A stretch of DNA of 64,000 bases, taken from NCBI GenBank assembly GCA_040954595.2, contig CM082587.2:2881000-2944999 (forward strand). The letters run 5' to 3'. Position numbers and translations under genes: made by a program. The stretch comes from Balanoglossus misakiensis (Eukaryota; Animalia; Hemichordata). A model generated the notes under the pieces. The model was given only the letters and a program-made list of their open reading frames with translations. It was not told the origin of the DNA and did not search any database. Shown one piece after another: positions 53,901 through 64,000 of this stretch. The stretch's first letter is position 1. Each line of letters begins with the position of its first letter.

Positions 53901-56900
53901 GATCAAAGTCAAAGAAAGCTTGAACACATTCACATAAAATTTCTAAAAAAAATCTTGATTTCAACAGAACACCAGTGTTACTTAGCTGACTGCAGCCAAC
54001 TGAGCAAATATGGCGGTGTCAAACAGAGTGGTGTCTACATAGTCCAGCCTGAAGGCAGCACCCCCATACGTGTGTGGTGCGACATGGAAACAGACGGTGG
54101 TGGGTGGACGGTGATCCAGAAGCGAGCTGATGGGTCAGTCGACTTCAAAAGAAACTGGACTGACTACAAAGAGGGTTTCGGCGACATTGCACACGAGCAC
54201 TGGCTCGGTAACAAAAATATCCACGCCTTCACAAAGCAAGACAATTACGTTCTGCGAATCGACCTCTACGACTGGAAAGATAAAAGCCAATACGCCGAGT
54301 ACAACACTTTCCGACTGGAAGACGAGGTGTACAACTACATGCTACAACTAGGATCTTACTCGGGAAGCGCCGGCGACTCCATGGTCTACCACAACGGCAT
54401 CGAGTTCAGCACCATGGACAGGGACAACGACAAGAGCCCGGCTGAGAATGCCGCCGAAAGATGGAAGGGAGGATGGTGGTATCGACGTGGCTACAACGCC
54501 AATCTGAACGGGCTGTACTACGTGAATGGGCCGTACACCAGCGTTGATGAGTGGACCGATGGCATCGTGTGGGAGAAATGGCACAGCTGGTGGTATTCTC
54601 TCAAGAGCACAGCCATGAAAATTCGACCACGGGACTTCCTCTACTAAATGCGCGTGTTTTACTTGCCATGAAACAGAGCTGAAATTATTTCCCTCAGGAT
54701 AGCTAGGAAAATTATACTCAGACATTTTTCCTCAATACTCTGATCTGCAGTGCAGCCTTAGTATTCAGTTGCATCTCTAATCTGTACCCATTGTCAGATA
54801 AAGTATGTAATCCTTAGTCCTATTTCACTGATAATAGTTATTTACTCTTTTCGACATTAAATACAGCGATGATGTGTGCCTTGGAAACTCGGAGCAGAAG
54901 TCACAGAACCAGCAGTCAGCAGTAGCGATTATTTCTACCCAAAAAATGTAACTTTCTAATGTACATGTACATTAACTTTCAAACAGCTGTATGTCCATAA
55001 ACATCACACGTCATTACAACGCAAACACAATTTGACAGTCCTTGAACAGGGCAAATTTGCGGGGCACTGATATTCGTCTAAGATAAACAGCTTGTTTGTG
55101 TCAAATGCTAGTTCTGTATAACTGGGCGCAGTTTGTTCTGTTGTGGTCAAAGATTAACACTGAAGTTACAGTTTGATTCTTGACCTGAGCACACAATCAC
55201 TGCTGAAGGTTATACACTGCTGGCTGTCAATGGACTGGCGATCTCATTAACATTTTACATGTCAATATTTTGTTTACTCATCCCTTTGAAATATGCTCGA
55301 TGAAATAAACCTTAACATTTCCATAGGTTTACTTACTTAGTTTCTGTGCTGTAAGCATACAGATACCACGACAGCGTTCCAAGCAAAACCACTTCCTCGC
55401 TGACTGCGACCATACACATAACCCTGGAATCAAACTGTAAGAAAAAAAAATTGGCAAGTTCAAATGTTAAGACACTTGTACCAGTGAAAGGAAACAAAAA
55501 GTGTAACAATGAGTAAAATCAACCTGAGAAGGCTAATCACAATTTACAAAACTACTCACCTGTATGGGGAGTTTCCTTTTACTTCCTTGATTGATGTTAA
55601 CATCACAAACACAGGCTTCGTTCTGCCTGCCTTGACATATCCATATACAACCTGAATTTAACGATGTCAGAGGATAAATTGGTCAAATTGTAGAAATTTC
55701 TGATTACAATATTGGTGAGTTATCTATCATGCTGTTGTATGGTAAGAGAAAACCGCCACAGACATGATTCAGTTTGAGTTGAACTTCCTACCTGGCTTAT
55801 AGCCGGTAGCCCACTCCATGGACTGTGCATTCGTCTTCTCAAGCTGCTGTGCTGTCTGCCATAGTTTTTCTGCTTCTTCCAAATCTTGTCTCTCTTTCTC
55901 TCTCTCACCGAAGTGCTCTTTCAGCCTCTTCATGTGGCACTGCCTTCGCTTGCTGATGAAGTTCTCCTCCGGAAATGGCTCTAAGCCTTCGTATGCAACC
56001 TGTGTGAGTGAAATGATCAGGCATGTACTGTGCTGTCCACAGTGAAAGTACTTGTACATGTACCAGACTACGTCAAACAGACAAATCAAAGAGTGTGAAG
56101 TCTAGATTCCACTCACGTTTACCAAACCTTCAACATCAAAGCTGAGCTTGGCTATCGACTTCATCTGCCTCATGATGGAGATGGTATCAAACTCCTGCAG
56201 CAGTTTGTTTTCGTGGATCTTCATTATGGCCAGTGCATATCGGAACAAGACGATGGGGCCTTCCAGGAAAAAACAATCCCAGATACGCAGCAAGGTCTGG
56301 GGCAAAAAAAGCAGATACAGTTTGAAACTGAGTTAAAGTATAGTACTATAATATGAATAAAAATAGATGGAGATGTGCAACTATACTCAGCTACATGTAA
56401 ACTGGTAGTGGATTGACTTTAGCGTGTAACAACGTTCCCAGCACTTTATCTAAATAGTCAAGTTTTGAATGCCAAGTGACAACGATGTGGGAATAAATCA
56501 AGATTGTGAAAAACTCACTTCAAACGGCACACTGTCAAAGAAGACTGACATGAACCAGTTGAGAGTGATAGTGGATAAATCAATCTCCACACTCGTGATA
56601 TGTTGGTGCAGCTTTGGGAGTTTCTGTGCGACAAGTTCCTTGAGAACACACTGGTCGGTCTGGGCACCAATCAACATGCGGTCGAAGTAGTTGTCAGGGA
56701 AGAATTTCTCAACGATGGTGACCAGGCACCTGGTGGGAGAACAGAGTTGATGGAAGTGTCATTGGACAGTTCTGCAAAGACAGACCTATGGGCTGTAATT
56801 ACAGCATTTAATATTGATAATGGATCACTGTATCTGCTGTATGATGTAAAAGATGCTATGTCTTACCAAAATGCCATTTCAGCATCCATGTACAATAAAC

Positions 56901-59900
56901 ACGTTGCCACGATAAAATTCAGCCCTTGACAGTAACCTATTTCAGGATTATGGATGCAAAACGCCTTCAAGACTTCTTCCAGTTCAGAGATCTGTGAGGT
57001 TGCAGAAGATCATAGTGATTTGTTTTGAAGTGGATCTCTGGCATGCCACATTGGTCTATAGAGGGCACACTACCACTGACACTGAGGATCAGCAGTCGGC
57101 AAATAGGACCAACAACAAACACATCAAGGGTCCTTCACACTGTAATTTCTCAAACACAACAGACGTGAATCATTCCACTGTCACTTGTGTCAAATAAGAG
57201 TATGAGAAGTCCCTGTTACAGAACACCCACCTTGTCAGACGAATCATCTTTGAAGTGGATATTTTGTGGCATGGTTCTCATCAGGTCCAGTTCTATCTGC
57301 CTCTGATACGACTTTGTAATGATACTGTCTTGGATCTGAGAGACTAGAGACTTGTAGTAACCTTCACCCTGTGATCAGCGAGAAAATGAATCCAATGAAT
57401 TTTGACAAAAAGTAGGATTTAGTAAAAAAAAAATCAGTGAATGCTGGATTGGTCAGAGGTCACTGCATATCGTTAGCTGACTAACCATACCTTAACAGCT
57501 CTGATGTCCTGTACATGATTTGATGCCAGCTTGGTCCAAACTTGTATTCTGTGTTCACTTGGGATGCCGTTTCGTACCAGCTGCTGAACCTGGGGCTGTA
57601 CAGTGTACAAAAGAATGTCAAATTAATTGCTGGACACAAAAATTATAATTTATTTGTCCACACGGACTGTTATGGTAACTTCATATATAGGTGTTCAAAA
57701 TTCAAAAGCATTTAAAGGACTATTACTCACTGTATTATGTAAATCATTGCTGTGTTCTGTCAGAAATTTCTCCCATTGCTTATGGTGATTCTGTTGTCCC
57801 TAAGTAAGAAAACAGATGATTATAGAATTATATAATTATAAATAATTATACTTTGGTCTTCATTTGGTGTGCCATGATAGTATAAATACACACAGCTTTT
57901 TGGAAGTTGAACAGTTAAACAAATGAAATCTTCCAAAAAATATCCCACTATCTTTTCCCCACAGACAACTTACCTTCAGTTGTGCCACGTAATGTTGGTG
58001 CAGTATCTGACATAGATAATGCAGGGTTATGCCCTGGTTGCCGGGGGGATGAAGGAACCCGTACTGGTCTACGTGTCCTGAGCTGAGCACCGTCCTGTCA
58101 AGTTCATGAATAAACAGAGTTGCATAGTATGTATAATCAGGAACAGAGAGGGGGGTGCTGGTGCTTTATAGCTGTCTGACGAGGGAATGTGAAATTCCAC
58201 TTAATGGCCGCTGACTGAAAAATTCCTGCGGTTAATGTCAAAACAGTATGTTACTATCTGTAGATAGAAAGTGTTTAATATGTACAGTACCTCGCATCTG
58301 GAAGTTTTGGATCAACCAGCCGACATTCTTCAAGCAACTCTGTTATCCGCGTTAAATGCTGACGTTGAAAGAAAATTGCAAAATAGAAAGGGTGAATATT
58401 TTTTCACAGAACCTGGAACAAAGATAATTCATACCCCTAATGATATACACAAAATCAAAGCAACTTATCACTTACCGTGCCTCCCCCGAACAATGACAGC
58501 TGTAATTCATGAGGTCCCTCACCAGTCGACACAGATATACTGCTTTGTAGCAAGAACACATAGTCTATCTTTAGCCTCTGGATTTCAGTTTCATAATCAA
58601 CTATTTTCCTGAAATCAAACACATGTACACTACTTGTAACTTTGATAGGCATTCCTCAGTATATTTCACTGCAGTGGAATACAGATCAGTACATAAAAGA
58701 GGATTTGTTTGGTTGTCACTCACTTGTTTTTCTCTTCAATTTTCTTGGTGTCCTGCTGTTTGAGTTTGGACAGTTTTTGGATCTCATTGTTGAGGAAGAC
58801 TGCATGATCTTGAAGTTCTCGACACTTGTCCTTTAGTTTCTGACCGTGGTTGTTGGCGTCACCCCCTCTGTCAATGCAAATCATTGCGGTGTTTATGTGT
58901 ACGGATCAAAGAACAATATGTGAATGGATGTTATATCAGCTGGGCTCAGCTTGGTTCAGCTCAGAACTACAAAGTTAATTTTTTTGTTGAATATTTTAAA
59001 ATCGAAAAGTACAGAACATGATCACTGTAATCAACTTTACCTCTTTGAGTAATTCACACTTTCCATCAGATCAATCTGTTCTGTCAGATCGATGATGGCT
59101 TGTTCTCTGGCCTCAAGCAGCTCTTTGTAAGCCAAGTCTCTCCGTTGATGTCGTTTCAGTTCTTTCTTGGTTGAGCTACAGATGACACAAACCAACAACG
59201 TTACATGCAAAGACACAGTACACATCAAAATTCAAACCTTCAGTATTGATACTGAGACAACTTAGAATTCTAAAAATTGACCAAAATACTACAAAAATCC
59301 AGTTTTGAAGAAAACTGATTATGGACCAGGACATTCAACCAACGGTCAGTCTGATCACCAAATTCACTGTCACTCACTCGAACTCTTCTTGCAGTTTCTT
59401 CATCTGAAGCTTGAGGGCGATGTTCTCATCTGCCACAGACAGCTTTCCTGAAATGATCACATAACCGTTGCCATGGTCCTCGCCACTTTTCTCCAACGTG
59501 TCAGCCTCAGCAGAGCTTGAACAAGACAGGCTGTCTCCATCAGAAATCATACTGCATTGGTGAAAATTGGTAAAAGTCCAAATTATTCACTTGTTATTTG
59601 GTTGGGTTTTCAATAGTGAGAATACATACATAATGATGATGTTTGTTACCACCATAATATTTGGCTTTTTTTGTACAGCCATCATAACGCTTTTGAGCAC
59701 TTGACTACCGGAATACATATATTTACAATAAACGGAACTTTTATGTTTGATGTATATGACAGTTTACCTTAGTCCAGAAAAAGAATCTATGGAGTGGCCA
59801 TCTTGATCCTCGTTGGCAGTGTTAAATTTATGTTTTTTCTCATCTGTAAAAAAGAAAATTTAAACAGTTGAAGGTTTGCAATACTTCACAGAAATGCATT

Positions 59901-62488
59901 AATTGTCAAAAGATTGTAGACAATGGTGCAAATGTGGAGTATCAGGTGAAATGTAAGCTTGGCAGATAAAAATTAATCATTATGTCATGTACGAACATGC
60001 ACATATACTGATACTGTAACTGGGAAAAACAACTTTGATGCTGCGGAACGACAATGACCAGCTGACCGTGAACATTGTCTGAAAACATTGTATGGAAATC
60101 TATGAGAAAATAGACAGTGTCATCTTTACAACTAGTGTGTACCTTGGTCAAGATATTTTTATGTACATTTACATGTTGCCTTGACTCACCTGTATTCATT
60201 GACTCTGAGTTTTCTTCTAACTCGTCTTCCGACTTGGCTTCGGCAGCGACCTCCACGCCCTCAGGAACAGACTGCAACATAAATGACAGAATTTTTCAAA
60301 TTCACCACAAATTTTCACAGTGTTAGCAAAACATAACAATTGACATCATACGTCAGTCACTCCCACTAAAAGAACACAGAAAGTCAGTTCAGATAAGGTT
60401 TCTGTTGACAGGACAAGGTCATCAGATTTAATCACAGGCAGGTCAGTCTGCCATCTGCCATGTGAGTTTCAGAGTGACAGGCCAACCACTCTCACACGAA
60501 CAATTCAATATATGGGCAGTCATATATTTTTGAAAATCTGGCAGGACATGTCATCAATACCCAGAGATGTGTGAAAAACAACTTCCTGGTCAGCAACCTG
60601 CAATTAGCTTTTGACGACGCTCTACAAATCAAGCCCACATGATGTAAACAGGTCTCACTTACAAATGGCTGATTTATTACCGTATCACTCACCTTATTTT
60701 TCGCTTGATGTTTCCTGTACTGTTCCTCGTTAAAGTACTGCACTGTGTGTTTCTCGGCGAAAATATCCCTCTTTGCCTGTCGAAGCAGATGGAAATCGGA
60801 CAGTTAAATCAGGTTGTAACTCTGCCTTTTTTAACATTCATCATCTGCATCAAATGAATGCTTTACACAGCTGATCTAAAACCACAGACCTGAATTTTAA
60901 ATTTTTACTCCTGTCAATCTTAATCACACTGTAATTAGAAATGATTCTCTTTTCATCCCTTCCTGATTGGAAGGAATCACCTTCAAAATTTCAGACAAAA
61001 ATGGCTGCCTGCCTGAACTTCTCTTACCTGCAGTGTATTCAACCAGTGCATCATACTGATGTGGCTTTCAGCTGTCAAAATATGCTCTTTATCTTCAGTG
61101 CTGAGTCAGAGAATGAGAAGAAACATAAAACAAAATCATTAACTCCTCATTACATATCATCCATATTCACAGGAAATTGGAAAACCAATTGATTGAAAAA
61201 GCACAGGCTCGTGAGTGACCTTCCTTATTGTATGAAAGTCATTTGCACAAGATCATACATGTAACAGCTAGGGCAATCTTGAGGTAATCCCACAAGGACA
61301 GTTTTGTTTAATTTGATGAGTTGAACAATTCATCACATTGTATGTACATCAGCTCTAATCGTCACAATGTGTGCATCACCAGGCCAAAGTACAAGTTCAT
61401 GAATGTAAGAATTGCTATATGAGCCACTGTACTTTGATATAATAATTAGTTTGGAACCTTTTTCAAATTTAAACTCAAATTAGCATCAACCACAGCATGT
61501 TACATGAACACGGATACATCGTGCATACAGAGAAGTAGTAAGGCAATATTTGATGTCCAGAGTACAAAGCGTTCTCTGTTTTCTAGAATGGGGACAAATA
61601 ATTGCAATTTCCCGTTTTGTATATGCTCATCAAAGGAATGGTTTTGCTTCCTTGTTCCGTTGGAAGTGAAACAGAACATTCAGAGTATACACTGTCTGTA
61701 TACTCAATTTTCTGCACTTTTGTGCTGCCAGGGGCATTTTGAAGTGTGAGAAAATAAGCAGGTGTCTGCACCTGCTAATGACCATTCTCTCATCACCAAT
61801 TTATCCTTTAAGGACAAATTGATGTCTTTAATGATTGTCAAGAATGTCAAGCAATATTATATCTCGTATAGAAGCAACGGAAAGTCTCAAAAGATGATCA
61901 TATCTGGTGGCTTACCAGACACAAAACTGGTACTGCTGTTCTGGGTACAGGGTCAAGGCAGCTTTTCTTATGTTGATGGCACCCAGTGGGGCGTGGTTGA
62001 AATCCATGTCTTGGTCTGTCTTGTAGAAGTACAGCTGACATGTGCTATCATCAAACACAAACCATAGTCTGCGTCTTTTTAATCGACCGAGAGCTGTTTC
62101 AGAGAGATGACAAAAACAAGTCTTAATTGAGACACCTTAAAATAATATCATGGTAAATTATTGGCAAATATGGCAACTTCTTCCTGTGTGTTACTATGTG
62201 AATTAATCAGTAAAAAAAATATACTGGTAGCAAGATATCCACAGTAAACATTTCAGGACATATCCTTGCCAAAGCCATGACCAACCCTTATATAATAGTA
62301 CCTGGTATTATGCAACTGGCTATGCCAACGCTCTATTACATGTAGATCTGTTGTATAGGAAATTAATATTTAATTAAAGGGGCAATTTACAATCCATGCT
62401 TAGTTCTTGTTGATATTGACATCAAAAGACTTCACTCACCTCCTTTGGGCTGGTGGTACAGGTAGCCCAATAGTTCGTTCTCCATCAT
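49638..62488 (-). CDS. TBC1D2/TBC1D2B-like Rab GTPase-activating protein (PH, coiled coils, TBC) with an additional C-terminal beta-propeller; 27 coding exons, ~1260 aa
   Basis: Phase-consistent GT-AG exons (minus strand, high to low): 62488-62440, 62093-61916, 61100-61028, 60776-60693, 60271-60190, 59843-59768, 59551-59378, 59175-59041, 58867-58724, 58608-58476, 58358-58291, 58094-57974, 57799-57731, 57595-57491, 57368-57231, 56991-56867, 56729-56519, 56296-56117, 55999-55792, 55651-55560, 55434-55337, 51427-51316, 51188-51040, 50924-50732, 50639-50023, 49926-49836, 49715-49638(TAA); total 3783 nt. PH: LGYLYHQPKG...RRLWFVFD...CQLYFYK...MMHWLNTLQ; FLNNEI coiled coil; DQYGF. TBC: LVRNGIPSEHR, QIELDLMRT (IxxDxxR), GYCQGLN (YxQ), LLRIWDCFFLEG. 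In-frame stop upstream of the ATG at 62528-62530. Confidence 0.92.
50964..50996 (+). repeat. (CAT)11 microsatellite in a TBC-gene intron
   Basis: Perfect trinucleotide array. Confidence 0.95.
52079..52086 (+). promoter_or_regulatory. TATA box of the nested FReD gene
   Basis: TATAAATA 80 nt upstream of the ATG at 52159, at the transition into GC-richer sequence. Confidence 0.6.
52159..54647 (+). CDS. Secreted fibrinogen-related domain (FReD) protein with a long coiled coil, angiopoietin-like architecture; 2 coding exons, 714 aa; nested in an intron of the TBC gene
   Basis: Exon 1 52159-53623 (signal peptide MLRPGSAALLFAVALALIALGVES, long heptad-rich region, G|gtaagt). Exon 2 53968-54647 (tcaacag|, phase 1): LADC...SGVY...VWCDMETDGGGWTVIQKRADGSVDFKRNWTDYKEGFG...EHWLGN...FSTMDRDND...GGWWY...NLNG...SLKSTAMKIRP. 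Confidence 0.95.
55304..55309 (+). terminator. Candidate polyadenylation signal of the nested FReD gene
   Basis: AATAAA ~660 nt after the stop codon; an ATTAAA variant also occurs near 54856. Confidence 0.5.
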
Positions 62489-63300
62489 CGCTCTCCGTTG
62501 ATTAAATATCCCAAGAAACTCCGTGTTTTATTTTCCACTGATTCTGCGAAGGCGATCGGTTATCCTTTCGTCCCCTCGAAAATTGCATCATACATCCATC
62601 GACATTGTCATAGTCACATTACTTGCACATCATCCCGGTTACAACCAATATTATAAATACCCGTCCAGACAAGACTGTCCTTCTTTCCACCCACTTCAAC
62701 CAGTCCTTTCACATCGGCAGTCAAAGCATTGCGATCATATGGTCGATCGATGATGAGGTCGCGGTCACTATCACCAATAAATCCTCTTCATCCATCAAAT
62801 CATTCCGATCGCGATTAGCTGATGGAAATCGCAATGATATTTCACCAGACTCCGATTTACAGTAAAAACTCACCAGTCTCTTTGAACACTTTCAGGTAGT
62901 GTTAAGGTTTTCCACCTGATCGAAGTGTTAGGGTTCCGGAAAACAGAACTTTATGTACCAGAAATGATGGATTGGGTTTCAAAACATCAATGATCACGAT
63001 TTCGTGTCAGGTGACTGTGCAGGTGGTAGGTGGCCATTTCCGCTCAGGTCAGAGGTTACCAACGTTTCTGTTTCTTGTCGTATGGTGGCGCATTTAGTAA
63101 ACAGCGACTTCGCATCACTTCGACTGAACTTGAAATATCGGTATACATTTGGAGCCCACCTCTTCAATGTGTGACTGTAAAACATGCGTACAAACTCACC
63201 TTTCCGCCGAGAGTGTTTTTGTCCATCCCCGACAGAGAAAATGTAAAAATGAAAGTCCTGTTCTGACGGAGACGCAATAAATCTCCTGGCATTCTGATTC

Positions 63301-63311
63301 AATATGGCGGA
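63301..63311. promoter_or_regulatory. YY1-type motif in the CpG-enriched promoter/5' region of the TBC gene
   Basis: AATATGGCGGA matches the AANATGGCG YY1 consensus; surrounding 62500-63850 is visibly richer in CpG than the introns. Confidence 0.4.
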
Positions 63312-64000
63312 CATTACCAGTAATTTCAGTTTTCAGGCTTGTAAAAACGCTCATATTAAACTTCGCCGTTGCCTTTTGAAGACATTGAAAAAGCGCACAT
63401 AAAACTTTAAAAAGTCGACAGACACAGGGCAGGTAAACCTATACGAAGTACTAGTATTTAGCGGCGACAAGGGGCGCTGCAATTCCTTGAGCGCTTTTTC
63501 TATGTAACTATGGTTATTTTCGATTTGGAAAGACATATATGACAGAGACTCTTCTGATAACGTTTCCATTAAAATACAGTAAGGAAACGATGATATAGTA
63601 AAAGTCTTTTCGGGATTTTTGACGTCAATTTCCGTTTCTACTCCTCGCAGTGCCACAACCGGAATCGCCTGGAGGAAAGTTTCGGAAAACAACTTGGAAC
63701 ATTATCAATATTTCCGATAATCAATGTACCGCCTCTGCAACGAAACACCTTCTGTATCGCTGATAGAAGTGATACACGTACAATAGCAATCAATCAAACC
63801 ATCGCGATTTTTACAACTCCGCTTGTAATTACGGAATGTTAACAAAGCGTGTACATTAATACTAACTGTTGTTGGCTTGGGGCACTTACAAGTGGTTTTC
63901 AAGGTTAGAGAGAAGATAGAAACAGATGGAAAAGTCCTTCGAACTGGGTCAGGTAATTTTAAGCAAGGGGTGACACCGTATTTTCACAAGAGCAACTGCA

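Noticed and set aside
1-64000. Prokaryotic-type systems (CRISPR arrays, operons), rRNA or tRNA genes
   Set aside because: No repeat-spacer array or structural RNA gene recognised; the window is spliceosomal-intron-containing animal DNA.

Overview
AT-rich, intron-rich animal genomic DNA (invertebrate-like; the taxon is an inference). Four protein-coding genes were reconstructed by hand with phase-consistent GT-AG splicing. (1) A Slo2/KCNT (Slack/Slick-type) potassium channel on + (26 core exons, 22758-41849). It has a pair of tandem-duplicated 95-nt mutually exclusive exons for the S4-S5 linker/S5, candidate cassette exons in the RCK linker, and several candidate alternative first exons in the 22.7-kb upstream region. 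(2) An intronless-CDS TRIM-NHL gene on - (44506-46866). (3) A 27-exon, ~1260-aa TBC1D2-like RabGAP on - (49638-62488) with PH, coiled-coil and TBC domains plus an extra C-terminal ARHGEF10/17-JIP3-like beta-propeller. (4) A secreted coiled-coil/fibrinogen-domain gene on + (52159-54647) nested antisense inside one intron of the RabGAP gene. Almost all short ORFs in the supplied track are intronic noise, exon fragments or antisense shadows. Homology statements rest on remembered family motifs; no database search was run.
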